Shown: positions 11,863 through 25,983 of the stretch, piece by piece
How the letters are laid out: each line of letters starts with the position of its first letter
Numbering within the stretch: position 1 is the first letter of the stretch
Assembly (NCBI RefSeq): GCF_026571515.1
Contig: NW_026858416.1
Location: 62,001-126,000, forward strand
Length of the DNA: 64,000 bases
Reading direction: 5' to 3'
Source of the DNA: Ruditapes philippinarum
Taxonomy: Eukaryota
Position numbers and translations under genes: made by a program
The notes under the pieces: generated by a model
Database searches by the model: none
The model's input: only the letters and a program-made list of their open reading frames with translations
Told to the model about the DNA's origin: nothing

Positions 11863-14754
11863 ACTTTTCCTTATAAGTTCAACTACAGTTACAATAAACG
11901 TTATCTCTATGTCAACCTTTACACTTAAATGTCTCAATACATTAATTCGTCGCAAACATTTAATAGCTTCCGGTTTCGTATGTAATACATTACAATAAAG
12001 GCATTGCAATCCCAGTTATATTAAGAATGAACCTTTATTGATTTGGAAGATCGATCAATTTTTATAAGTGTGATCGTCAAACTATTAACAATATCAAAAT
12101 ACATTTATCGAATTAAATTGTTGGTTCACATTGCGTAATGCAGTAGATCGATACTTTTAATTTTCTGTCTGATTGATATTCATTTACAAATATGTTTTCC
12201 AATATACTTAAAACGGCAAACATGAAATACTAGAAATTTCAAAGAAGTTGAAAATCAATTTTTATCAACAAGAATTCTAACAGTGGTTTATTTGGCTCCG
12301 CTCCAAAATATTTGTTCATTTATTTAAAGGGTTGTAATACAATTTCTCTCCAATGATTAGCGTTTATTTTACAAGAAACAAATTTGAAAACATTAAAGCT
12401 TGTTATAATTGACTTGAACTTTAACTCCACCTAACTTTCAATTCTCTATATATCTCAAATGTGACTTTCAGTCTTATATGTTTATGCTACATGAAGGCAG
12501 TATTTACTTTACGATATATTAACAAACCCCAAAAGCAATTAAAGAACAACATTTTTTTCATTATCAACACAAACAACAACAAACAGCAAATAATATCACC
12601 ACCATTAGCAGCAACAACAACAACCATAATACCACCATCAAGGATGTGTGATGTTCCTGCATCGCTCATAAGAATGAATAAGAATACTCAAAGTGTTTAT
12701 TGTCGAATCAAAATTATATTATTTGAACAAACTTATTAGACAGTCGCCTACTTACCATTTCTATGCAATTTTATAAACATATTTATCCATGTAATCTAAT
12801 TTTTTCCTTATATGCATATATTTAAAAATGAACATGCCCTATCACTGTCATGTTTTATATTGGTGAAAATTATCTGAAAAATCTTGGTAAATGATCGACC
12901 GATGATCATGTAACTTATTTGAATGTAACACAATATCAAACAGAAGATTTTTCAAATTACACGGAAAGTCCATGCACCATGGCGATCATTTATTTATAAA
13001 AACAAATTTGAACTCGAATGAGCTGTGAAATATTTCCAATTCTGTCCAAAATTCATTGACCAGTAAAATAAGAATTGCGATATGACTTAACTTGATGTTT
13101 ATGTTTTACATGAAGTCAGTGTGTCATCATTTAAAATGTTTTCCATGTATTTTGTATAAGCTTCGTTCAAGAAATATACTTTGGGCTTAATAAACTTTGG
13201 GTCTTTACATCTGGTCTTCATATAAAGACCCACTTTCTTATGTATAATTTGTTTATCAATGTGGATTTCCTTTTTGTTTAATGTTGTTTTTCTTATGATG
13301 TTTAAATTTCTTTTGATATTTTTTATTATATATTACATTTATTTATTTATTTATTTTCTTTCATCTTTTTTATCTGGTGTATATAACATTTCATATCATT
13401 CACATTGTAAAGTCATTTCATTTTTTCAATTTATCCAATCAAGCAAAACATATATCTACTCTTTGATTAATATGTTCGAGTCTCCTTTTGAAACGGTTAT
13501 TACAGGTTTTCTTCATCTTCTGTCCCTTATCATCTTTAACAAACATTACAAAGTTGATTAACGTTAGTGTTAGTTATCCAGTTAAATGTATGAACCATGA
13601 GAAAATTCTCTAAAATAATAAAAACAAGAAGGAATCAGCGAAAGTCCTAGATATGTTTGATTTCGTTTGTTCATGACATATAGTGTAAAATGCAACATCG
13701 TCCATGGCCCCTAACAACTGTTTTTGCGATATTCAATATTCAATCCTATATATATTGGAAACAATATTTCCAGAAGGATCCACACAAATAGAACAACACC
13801 ATAGCTTGGTAAAGTAAAAAATAATGATAATATGTAAAACAGTTATGGTTTATTCGTAAAGAATGCAAAACAAAATTTATACTTATACTGTTATATTGTT
13901 GAAGGAACATTTTCTGTTGGTAATTTTGGTACACAGAATAAAACCTTAAAGGGGTGGACGTGTTAGAGAAAAAAAGCATTTATCTTTTATGCATTATCTA
14001 CTTATATATATTTCGGCAGTACAGTAAATAAGATATACATTAATTCTGTATTAAGTAAGAATAAGTCGGTAAAATAATTTCAAAGTCACAAACATCGACT
14101 GTTGCATAACCTAACATAACGGTTTAGACAGAAAATAGAAATTTCTAATTATTCTGTTTTAATTTAATGGTTGTAGTTAATTGTCTTTGTCAATGTAAAA
14201 ATGATGACATTCAAGTGCAAATTTTGTTGTCGTATGAACCATTAAAGTATAAGGTAATAATTAAAGCAAGAAAATTGGAAGCAAATGTAATAAAGAAATA
14301 GGATAAACAAGTAAAAATTAGCATCTTGTTAATTGTATCGTCTATGCCATTAACTCATTCATCGACAGAATTGTACTTCCCTTATTAACTCTATTAATGG
14401 CATGGATTATTAGAGTGAAGTGTATTTGTACATAAAACTGCTTTTCAATCTAAACAATAAACAATGCATTAATTCTAGATATTTGTATTGGGAACTAATG
14501 TACATACCATAGAAGTCTATGATTCTATTGGCTTTTCTAGGTTTGTAAAGAATTCAACGCACATTTTGTTATATTTGTCAGCGTCTGCAAAAGTTACCAA
14601 TGTTAAAAATGCATCATAATGACGAATGGGTAATTCATCGAAAATCACGTAGTCATCTGTACTGGTTAAAAGATGAGAGGGGACTTAAGTATAATACACA
14701 AATTACAATTTGTCCGCCTGCTTACAGTTAATCTTAATATATTAAGCATTTTTC

Positions 14755-14825
14755 GGCACATTAAAGGTCAAAGCTTTTAGAATTTGTCTACAACCTTAAT
14801 ATACCGTGATGCAGCATTCACAGAA
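14755..14825 (-). promoter_or_regulatory. Conserved upstream non-coding block shared by paralogues A, B and D (candidate promoter or UTR exon)
   Basis: The reverse complement gaatgctgcatcacggtatattaaggttgtagacaaattctaaaagctttgacctttaa matches sequence starting at 28828 and 51104, 2.5-2.9 kb upstream of each ATG. Function is inferred only. Confidence 0.3.
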
Positions 14826-16175
14826 GTTTTAACTCACAAATGAGCCTGATCAATTACCGATATTTGTATCAAAATCATAGCTAGCTATTTATATTTCTGT
14901 TATTACGATCATGTTATAAACTATGCCCTTTTTGCATAAGCATTAGTAAATGAAACTTCCTATACTTAGTACTATTTAAAACATTAATAACTTAGGTATT
15001 TAGTAAAAGTATGACCTTTTCGGTGTAGCATTAAACGTTATTATTTGCGAAATAAACTTCTTAATTAATATATTGTAAAAATATGTTTTTATTACTATAC
15101 ATATGGCAATCGGAAGTTTTATCAATGTAATTGTTATTCAATACAAATAACATTATAAATAAAAACATAAGAAACCGTTCAAAATTGTGAAAGGTTAAGC
15201 GATGAATACGCGCATGCGCCATAATCTGTTGCGACGGAAATTTACAAACATTGTTCTCTAGTTAGTGTTATGTTATATTTCTATCAAGAATAAACAAATA
15301 ATATACCAATAATAAACAACAGATATAGCTGCACACTCGTTAAGAGCCCCAAGTTCTTAACAAAGTCTTTTCTTGGTATTGTCTATGTTTTGATAAAAAT
15401 GAAAAAATAACACCCCATTTGTCATATTTTTACATGCAGACGTATCAACTATTAAAACAATTAAAATAACAACTGCTTAATCAATAATGAAATTCCAAAT
15501 AGACTAGTTGTGTAGTATTCAACTATAGATCAGAATCTCAATGGAAAAATGGATACGTTCCGTTATTATTTAAATCTGTTTTTGTTATTGTAAGCTATTT
15601 TGAAACTTTATTTGACATTTAACTAATGGATGATCTTAAATTAAATAAATTGGTTCATACAAAATCTATTAAAGTTCGATTGTGTAGGAAGCAAGAAACT
15701 AAAAGATGGCAATTGTATCAAGGGATATTTTTAATTTATACTTTATTTGTGGATTTTTCAATAGTTTGAAGTAACATTTTGCCTCAGAAATTGATATTTT
15801 TTAATTTCTTGAGAAATGTCAAACATGTGTTTAATAGTGTTTATATAATTGATTAAGTGCATGTTAAATGTTTCACAAACGAAAGAAGTAGCATTGAACA
15901 ACCAGCTATGTAGTATTTTGACTTCCATTAAAAAAACTGCTTCTCTTTAATTATACCAAGTGCCAATTGAGCTATTGATGCAAAAGAGCGTTCATGTATA
16001 ATATAGCAAATGAGTATGTTTTTTGGAAACTGTAACAAGATACTAAAAATTAACAGTTTTTGAGAAAAGAATATAACATTTCTTTGGCATAATGGACCTT
16101 TTATAATTTACTGTTAATGCTGATGAGCTTATGTCTGTAACAATGCTATAATTAAAAGCATTTTTGGTTATGTAT

Positions 16176-16822
16176 AGTGACCGGTTGTGGCCATTTTAAA
16201 TCCCCAAGGAATTGTATCGTCATGATCGTTTGATCAAAAAAAAATCGCGGGCAACTTACAAATCCGACAGATTTTCTGCCGATATTTTAGAACAGTTGTT
16301 GGAAACATTTTGACTTTAGTGGCCGGTAACGACAATGGTTTGACTCTACATTTTATCCGTCGTTTGTGTATAAACAGTTGAGGAACAGAAAGAAATCCGC
16401 GACATATTTTGCAAGTGTTGTAGAAATTCTACAAAAATTCGCGGGAAAAATTATATGCCTCGACGTCTTATTTCTCAAAAATTGTCTCATAAAATATTGT
16501 GGCGAGTTATGGCAATTTTCAGGTGCGACCTTTTAAAAAGAAAACACTATTAAAAGAGACATTGCCAGTATAAAAATGTCAAGGCTTAATGCCCAAACTC
16601 GACTTTTTACAAGATATGCACACGGGTTGCAATAGCAGCAATCGGCTACTTAAAGTACGGACATGTTTGTGCGACTAAGTCTACCAAGTAGACAGAAAAA
16701 ATCGAGCCGCGACATTTTATAAAATTTTGACATAAAATCTCGCGGATTTTAAAGTTTCCCGTGGCATTTTATAAACTGACGGTAGAATTTCTTCGCTTTA
16801 AAGTGGACGTTACCGGCCACCA
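16176..16822. mobile_element. Non-autonomous DNA transposon/MITE with long imperfect TIRs
   Basis: Left end tagtgaccggttgtggccattttaaatc...caaatccgacagatttt versus right end (reverse complement) tggtggccggtaacgtccactttaaagc...aaaatccgcgagatttt. An internal GTGGCCGGTAACG (16319-16331) is a perfect inverse of 16808-16820. Confidence 0.6.
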
Positions 16823-18689
16823 TATTTATTAGGCAAAACATACTTTAAGACATAGCATCTATCATAGTTGTGAGACACTGAATTTCTTAGATTTTTTTTA
16901 AAGATGTTTAAAAAGCCTTTTGACTGTTAAGATGTTCGTTTAGAAAGTAGAAAAAATATTGCCGTTTCGTTGATGCTTAAAGTGAATTAATATACATTGA
17001 AATTTAAAAAGAATTTGCTTTCTTATCTTGTAATTTTAAAATATCCAAAACATGTTTTGTTCAATAATCATCATCAAATGCATGAATGAACGGTAAATAA
17101 ACTGATACTAGTCAAATATCCGTAACAAATTTCTGAAATTTTTGTAACAATATACATCATTTTCTGTTATGTTCTTTTACGTTTTATAAGAATGCTCACA
17201 CTTGTTCAAATAAAATAAATAAACCTTTACTGCAGTTTCTTGCACTTCCACAATATAATCAATATTTTCCGCTATGCTCTTCAAGTTTTTGTTCCCCTGT
17301 TAGAGTTTTATGAAATACTACATTCTATAAGAATGAAAACAATTGTCGAATAACAATAAAGTAATATTTCACTACAATCGACACAAAAGTTTAAAACAAG
17401 TATATATATATTTATTTAATAAGCTAATCATTCAAGAACATATTTTAATCAACATTACTCGGACCAGTTTTTAATTTACCTTTAATCTATATTGTTCATT
17501 ATACAGGCCAATAAGTACTGTTTTAACTGCATTTAATACTTATTCAATCGTAATTTTAATCTGCTTTTTCTTTGCTGAAAACTTTTAATAAGACAAACAT
17601 TACATGTAAACGTCCATTTCACAGACGCACAAAAGTAAATAAAAGTCTCATGTCATGTAAGACACAATCAACTTTAAAAACAGTGGCATTGCTTTACTTG
17701 ATGTAAAAGGTTTTCATCAAAGAAAATCAATAAACAATATTCTATTTCCGGTGCGTCTTTTTTATCTGGTCCAATTGTTGTGTATTCAGAATAATGCACA
17801 GAACGTAGCAATTTCCGGGATGCGTTCATTGAAGCCATCATTTCCTGTTGATTTAACATGCTGCAGTAAATGATATCTCACTACACTCGTTTCTGTCTTC
17901 TTTTTATAAGTATTTTATTCATTAGAAAATTCAGGAAAAAGCGAGAAAATTGAAAAAATAGGCTCGATACATGTAAAAATGTAAACACCAGCTAGCATGC
18001 AAACCCGTTTAAGTTCCTTAAATTACAAATTTCCTTAAAAATGATTATTTTCATGTTTAAACTTTGATAAATCCCTGTAAAATATTTGGTAATGCATAAT
18101 GAAAATGGATTAGGTTGTGGTAACTTGGTTTTAAATTATGTTAGAATAGTAAATTTTATATTATTTTAGCACTGGCAATTGCATTTCTTTAGAAGTGAAT
18201 GTTGTCGGAGCAGTGAACAAAAATATATCTACCATTATGTTAACAATTCATCAAATACATCATCAACAAGAGTTTGAAATGTCCATTTACACGCAAATGA
18301 TAATGGTTTAATATTCACTAGATCATACAAGTTATATCTGGAGACAGTGCAAAAAATTGGTAAAGCTTCTCTGTTTCGCAAGAATAAAACTCTAAATGTT
18401 TTTAAATGTTTATTTTTTAACTGAATCATTTTATTAAATATATATCAAAAACTAGAAAATAAAGTAAGATATGAAATGCTTTAAACGTAAAAATATAAAG
18501 AAATCATATGAAGCATAAACTCATTTCGTTACATGTCCAAATGCAAAAAAAGGCAAAAGAAATAACACACTTAATAAACTTAAGAACAAAAATATATAAA
18601 ACCAATAACACACAACAAGTAACATCTATAGACCAGATACCACTCGTATTGTTATAAACTAAGAAAAGAAATGTACATATATGTTGGAA

Positions 18690-18840
18690 TTTTAATCGAC
18701 TTACATCTTAGTATGTCGACTTCCCTGACGGATGGTTTCCTTTCTTAAAAGGAGCAAAAGGCCCTGGCAGGATTAAAAGACAAAGCGGTGAAGAGCACGT
18801 GGTGTTAACTCAACAGCCTTAACCATTCGGCCTCGGTATA
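18690..18840 (-). mobile_element. Degenerate tRNA-derived SINE
   Basis: The minus strand ccgaggccgaatggttaaggctgttgagttaacaccacgtgctcttcacc resembles the head of the SINE at 45851. Confidence 0.5.
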
Positions 18841-21800
18841 CTTAGATGTACATAAACCATGGAACGTTAACTTAAGAAATAATCTTCACCATAAATTGTT
18901 TAACCTTATCATGTGTAAATCCTTACCAAATTGACTAATGAATTTAAGTATTCATGTTTATTCATAAAACATATTCTTAATAAGCAAATGATTTTCATAA
19001 TAAACAGAGTCCTATGATTGTTAGAGACATATTTAAAGTGAACTGCCGTTACATAAAACAACATCAGTATCATGTATGCGAGTCATTTGTTGTAAGACAA
19101 AATAAGTTCCTCCTACGAGAAATTAGGAGCACTTGACAAACTGATAGAGGGGAAAAGTTAATAAGAAAACGTATTTCAACTCTCATTACCTTGTTATCGT
19201 TATATTGAACACCAATTAACTAAGTAATAATTAATTATAGCAAACTCGTCAAAGCTAATATCTTGGAATATTTTAAAAGAAAACATTAATACTTTCAATA
19301 CTGCTACATACAATATAGATGCACAATTATCTTAACAGTGATAACATTAAAAAACAGACAATAACAATTTACTACATAAGTAAATAAGCTATAACTAAAA
19401 GTCGTAGGAGCGACTGTAGCTATTATAACTTGTTATCTTATTTTTAGTTTTCTTTCTTATCTTTTTTTACTTTTCCTGTATTATTTATCATATTATACCA
19501 GAATTGGTTATGCACCGGTAATAGCTGTCCTTTTATAATTCAGCAATTTTAAATGTAGTCATTAACTAACATTCCCTCAGATATTACCATTAGAACATTT
19601 AAGTGCCACATATAAATATTATAACATTTTATGGTTTCACATTAAAGATAATAAATCGTTATTAAATATTTATATATGCGCACACTGTATAAAATTATCT
19701 ATTGTAATTTTTTCCCATAATTGCTTTTATTATATTGACAAGTTTTTGCCATTTTGCTGACGTTATAACAAAATGGCACGACAGAGAACTTTTACAGATG
19801 TCTTTAAATTTGTACCTTTTTTAAAAAATGTTATAAAAGTTTGCTGGTGTTTCTAATTGCTTAAACATCAATAATGCATATTGTTCAAGATATATTAAAA
19901 TAATGATAATGTTCTTTGAATTCCTATGGTTTAAACTTCAGTAACAATCTTATTCTTTGTTCATTCATATAAACAAAGAAAGCCAGGAGCTCGTATTGTG
20001 GCCTTCAGGCGTTAATACATCCGCTTTATACGATACAATATGCATTAGGTAACGATGCGTAAGCTTAAATTTCTTTCATTTATACATTTAACAACTAGAA
20101 ACGAAACAAACATCAACTTTTTTAAATGTGTTTTTCTTTCTTTTTCTTTAAAAAATAGTACATTTATCGACAAGTACTTTTAGCAGATTGAAATAACACA
20201 CAGTATTCTTTTGATCGCATTTACACATTTGAATAGATTATATTATTGCGCACCTGAAATCCAAACCATGCTATATATTATCACAAAGCACACATGTAAA
20301 GTTAAGATCAATTTTCACTAACAAATAAAAGAAAATACGACAATATAATTCAATTATCTTTTACAAAGGGAACATATAGACAAGAGACTGATCATTGCAA
20401 AATAGGAAATTGCAATGTTCTCTAAAGTATCCTTAGAAGTAAGCAATGGGACAAATAAATGATTCACAGGAAATAGAGTAAGAGAAATAGAAATGTTTTA
20501 CAATTATCCAATATACCGATTACAGCAAGTTCGTCTTTGAGTGTCTATCATAGTTAATACGACATTAGGTTCTGCTGCGTCTGTACATGGAACTGCCATC
20601 GTGTAGTACCATTAACATGAAAGTGCAAACGATTCAAAATGAACATATATATAAAGTTTAAAGGGAACGTTAAAAGAAAGATATCAAAAAGGTTGTCAAA
20701 GTTCACTTGATGTTAGTAGAATCTTAGCACCAATTTTTCTTTCCTTTTTTCCCCTTTTTCCTTTTTAAGAAAACAATAAGCCATGTACATTATATCTTCG
20801 AATGATATATTTTATTTTTTTATTTTCTTTTTTCTTTGTTTCCAAATGATGTTGTTTATCTTGCAAACTTTAATGTAATCTACTTACTTGACAGACGGAT
20901 GGAATAAATGACAATATCATAATTAAAAGCAATATATTCAGCTTTCGTAAATGTCAAAGCTTTTAGCATGCACTTTCTGCTGATTTCCTACATGTTTGAA
21001 TTTGAATTCCATTAACCACATTGTAACTTGACAGAATCGTTTCATGTTAATATCATTTGCATAAAATCATATTCTTGTAATTTTGCAGCTGATTCTTTCA
21101 TAATAAAAGTAGAGACTGTATCATTCCATAATGACAAAAACAGAGTTTATATATGTTAAACACGAAATATTTCTAAAGGACAAAATATAGAATTTTTCTT
21201 TAATCTACAAAAAAAATTACAAACCCAATTGGAAGCGGTGGCATATTGGTTCAAATGTCTCCCTCTTAACTAGGGGACTTGGGTTTAGTCATATATCGCT
21301 AACCATCATGCAATTTTTCTTCTTATCACATCGACACTTAAATAACGCAGTAAGAAGTCCTGATAGTATTTTAAGAAAGTTAAAAATTGTCTTTAAAGAT
21401 GATTAAACAAAAATTACTGATTCAGATGACGTTGTGATTTAAGATGGTTTTACATGGCACTCTTTAATATTTCTTTAGATACTTACATTTTAGCAGATCA
21501 TAAAAAAATATTTATCCACTAAGCCAGAAAAGCATGGTTTGATGTATAATAATGTCATGAGACTGTTCTGTTAAGTCACGTTGTGATTGATATAATGCAA
21601 ATACCAATATTGAATAATTCAACAGAAAGCTTTGACCTTTACGACAGCTAACAACTTACTTGTTATTTTAACATAGTTATTTATTTAGTGTTCTGTCAAC
21701 TTCTTTTCTAATAAATATTTAGATACATTGTATATACAAATCTAGACATATTGTAAAAGGTTGTGTTTTTTATTTATTAAAACTAAAACAAAGAAAAACA

Positions 21801-23149
21801 GAAATAAAATATGGCCTTACAATTGTACTAACATCAAGTGTACGTAAACTGTTCAATAATTGACCGTTTTACTTTGTATTTACTACTCATTTTTAACTTC
21901 TCCAGCTAAATGTACTTATTTTAAGGTACATGTATTTTCTTTATAGTACTTAAAAATGAATTGTTGTGGCGAAAATATTAGGGTTTTGATAATGCATTGC
22001 ACTTACTTCGGAGACGTATGGGGCGTTTAAGTACGTATTATTTATCTTTGAGAGAGTCGGTAATTTCTGCAGAAGGATATCATCACTGAAAATTTAGAAA
22101 CTTATGATTACCCTGATTTCAAATTTTAAAACATTTCTTTTAGATCAGCATATTAATTTGTATATCATAAGTATAAAATATTGAAATACAGGTTTTGTTT
22201 TTTGCTTTTAAGAAATTTCGCTCAACGGAATTTACAAATTGCATGCATGATCAAGCAGTATTAAGATGAATAGAAATTCATTTAAGGTCAGATAACCGGC
22301 TATATGGTATTTCATACATGAAAAGAGAGTTTTGTATTTTCTCCAAGTCATTGTGTAACAAAGGCTGTAAACAGTTACTCGTATATTTGTTCTTTGTGTT
22401 TAAGGATTCGCTTTCTCTTAAAATTGTCTTCATTTCAGATAACAAATAGATATAATTATGTTGTGCTTAAAAAAAGAAAGATAAGACTTGTGATGTAGAC
22501 GAAGTATTAATAATATTTTTCAAATGTTGATGGATATATGTAAGTTCGTTGCTCTCTTGATTACTACCCATGATAAATAGCATGGACACTCATTACTTGT
22601 ATGGGTTTGTCAAGAAATATAGTGTTAGCATAAACTTTCTCTCTAAAACATATTACATGTAGCATATAACCACGACGAAGAAAAGGCAAAAATCAGTTAA
22701 CCGAATTAAGAAGATATTGCAAAAAATAAAGAAAAAATCATAATGATGGAACTTTGAAAAAGAGCAAATGAAAATGCATAAATCTTATATTTCTAGTTAT
22801 ATATCTATGTTGTAGCTTAAATATAAAAACCATCAATCATCTATCCAGTATTTCAAACAACTGATATATAAACGTTATATGAATAATAAACGATATTTTA
22901 ACTATTAATTTTTGCGCTTGTTAAAGCTGTCAACTTTTCAAACACAATAAAGTTAACAATTTTAAAATCTTTATTGCTTTTTCACCAATAGTCATTAAAA
23001 TGCAATGTGAGTAACTCTTACGATACAACAAGAGCTCTGACAATGTCATGACTGCAACAGCTGCAGCGTCACAAAATCTTATCTGGTCTGTAAATCATTT
23101 GTACGCTAAAAGCTTTGCATATTAAAACCACTTATTGCATCAATTATCA

Positions 23150-24870
23150 TAAAAACCTTTTACTGTTTATTAATTATTCATCTATTCTTAATAAAAATTT
23201 TTTTTATTCGGAAAAAATTTTCCGTATTTAAATTGAAATTTAAGCTTCAATTGAGAAAAAATTAACTCATAATGTATGATATTATCATTTATTCATTATT
23301 TTATTAATATCGCGTAAAAATATTGACCCCCTGTTAATCAATCATTTTGTAAAAAATTGTTTACATTTCAGATTTAAGTAATTTAATTATTATAGCTCTA
23401 ATTTTTATTTAATGTTTCTGAAAAAAAGGGGAAAAAAATCCTAAAATTGAGCTTTTTTGTATCCTTTTTAAAGTTTACTTTATAAATTAAATTTTAGTAA
23501 ATATTTTTCCAAAGAAAGTTTAAAAAATTAACTTTTTTTTTTTTTAAACAAAATGGCATGTTTTTAACATTAATTTTTTTTTGGAAAAAAATTTGTACCT
23601 TATATAAAATTTAATGAATTTTTATTACATTCCCGAAACATGACATCATAATTTATAAATTTTTTATCTTGCTTTTATTTTTTCACATTTATTATTAGCA
23701 AAATTATTATTTTTTTAGAAATATATCATAAGTTTTCTAAGAATATCAACACTTACACTATAAGTAAAACACTTGAAAATATCATTTCCTTTACAAATAA
23801 ATTTTGGGTAAAAATTTTTTAAAAAAAGAAAATGGAAGGGATAGAAGAAAGTTTGTTTTTAAAACCCGAAAACCGTTAAAAAGGAAATAACTTTTTTAAA
23901 AAATTCTATTTAAAAGGAAAAAAGGCGTTTCATCCTAAAAAATTGTTTTTTCTTTTGTTTTTCCCCTTTTTTGGTTTGTGTGGTGGGGGGGTTTTTCCCC
24001 TAAAATGGATCGTAATTTTTTCCTTTTAATAATTAAAACCAAAACCCGTTTTTTTGATAAAATTTTTAAAAAAATTGTAGAAAAAAAATTGGGGTTAAAA
24101 TGTTTTTTCAAATAAAAAAAGGTAACTTCAAAAAACAGGTATTCACCTAAAAAACTTGCAAAAAGTTTCAAAAAAAGGCAGAAAAGTTTTATGGCCAAAT
24201 TTTGGGGAAACATTTTATTTTTGTTTGAATTTTATTTCATTGAGAAATGTTTACTAAAAAATTTATATTTCTCTTTGAAAATTGCAACTCCCTGTTCATA
24301 TTTTTTTGTATTTTATACAAAGCATAAAAATAATTACTGAACCCTCTAAAAAATGTAAACATTTATCTTTTCCGCGGATCATTTTTTTGTCCCCTTCTTT
24401 TTCTAAAAAACTTTTAGGAATTGAAATTTCCTTTTTTTTTGCATTTTCGGTATCTTGTGTTATTGTTAGTACCTTTTTTAAAAATTTTTAAAAGGGGGGG
24501 GGGAATTATAGTTTTTTTTTTTATTATTTGTTTGATTTTATTAAAAATTTTAAAACACTTTATTTTTAAGTGTTTTTTTCATTATTCTTCTAAAAAAGTT
24601 AAAATACATTTTACCGTTGTGCGGGTTAAGAAAATCAGTATTGGGTATTTTAAATTGTGGGAAAAAAACTGTCGTTAATTCAACCCTTTGTTTTAATATT
24701 TTTTTAAAAAAATTATTTGAAAAGGGTAATTTAAACCGGGCCCCCTTATTGACAGGGAAAAACAAAGGTTTGCCAAAAACCCGGCATTTTTTTTGGCCTC
24801 CAAAGACCAAAAGAGGAATGTGTTAATGGTTTAGGGCTTGGTTTTGGGTGCAAAAATAAAGAGACGCGCT
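23150..24870. other. Low-accuracy (homopolymer-inflated) assembly segment
   Basis: Abrupt excess of long A/T/G/C runs leading up to the N gap. The ORFs here are F/K-rich noise. Confidence 0.7.
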
Positions 24871-25159
24871 CTCAAAAATATTTATTATCTAAAATGGAAA
24901 GTCTGGCCCGCGCCATGAAAATATTTAGACGACAATACGAGTACAAACAATGACAAATGAAACAAAATAATGAATGGAAAAATGTAAAAAAGGAAGTATG
25001 TGATGAATACAGACATTCATATTTACCTGCAAATTCAGAGACTCGCTTTGAGAAAATATTTATTATCATAAAATAGAACGTCTGGCTTGCGCCATGAAAA
25101 CCTTTCATACGAGTGCACATGCATGACGTTAATAAGTGCAGAAATGAGGCCCGTACCAG

Positions 25160-25516
25160 NNNNNNNNNNNNNNNNNNNNNNNNNNNNNNNNNNNNNNNNN
25201 NNNNNNNNNNNNNNNNNNNNNNNNNNNNNNNNNNNNNNNNNNNNNNNNNNNNNNNNNNNNNNNNNNNNNNNNNNNNNNNNNNNNNNNNNNNNNNNNNNNN
25301 NNNNNNNNNNNNNNNNNNNNNNNNNNNNNNNNNNNNNNNNNNNNNNNNNNNNNNNNNNNNNNNNNNNNNNNNNNNNNNNNNNNNNNNNNNNNNNNNNNNN
25401 NNNNNNNNNNNNNNNNNNNNNNNNNNNNNNNNNNNNNNNNNNNNNNNNNNNNNNNNNNNNNNNNNNNNNNNNNNNNNNNNNNNNNNNNNNNNNNNNNNNN
25501 NNNNNNNNNNNNNNNN
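25160..25516. other. Assembly gap (N run)
   Basis: Continuous n characters. Confidence 1.
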
Positions 25517-25642
25517 AAATAATATAGGTCTCACAAGATGTAAACAATAACAAATACAACAAAACATGACCTGGACATGAACATAACATAATCCACGGTG
25601 TACATAGTGAGACATACAACACATTAATATGACCCTGCGATA

Positions 25643-25983
25643 TTAAAGGGACGTGAAGGGATCGAAAAGATTTTTTCAAGAATTTTGTATAACTAGATGT
25701 ATGTCTAAACAAATAACTCATTTACAAAATTTCAAATCATTCGGTCACTCCGTTTTCCAGAAATAATCAATTTTATTGTGAAATTGGCCCAATAAATGAA
25801 AACCGTTTAAACGCTTTTCTTTAAATCGGCCAAAAATCACATAAAAATCGATTATCTATTTAATACCGTGTATATTTATATATCATCTACTGCTTGGTTT
25901 CAAAATCAAATGTACCAGTTGATTTAAAAAAAAAATCAAAATTTATTATCATAGGCTATTGGACCTCAGTGGCGATCCTTTAA
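25643..25983. mobile_element. TTAA-flanked MITE (Kolobok/piggyBac-like ends)
   Basis: TTAA AGGG...CCTCAGTGGCGATCCT TTAA. The right end resembles the right TIR of the 34641-34936 element; the left TIR match is poor. Confidence 0.4.

Noticed and set aside
11863-12009. N-terminal extensions of ORFs 11395-12009 and 60097-60621
   Set aside because: They start at non-ATG codons, and paralogue homology begins at the MAT/MAS methionine.
21232-21292. Possible tRNA/SINE head (ggtggcatattggttc...gggtttagtc)
   Set aside because: Too degenerate to support a call.
23935-25721. Cluster of ORFs (23935-24826 and gap-spanning X-filled ORFs)
   Set aside because: Products of homopolymer-inflated sequence and Ns; no domain signal.
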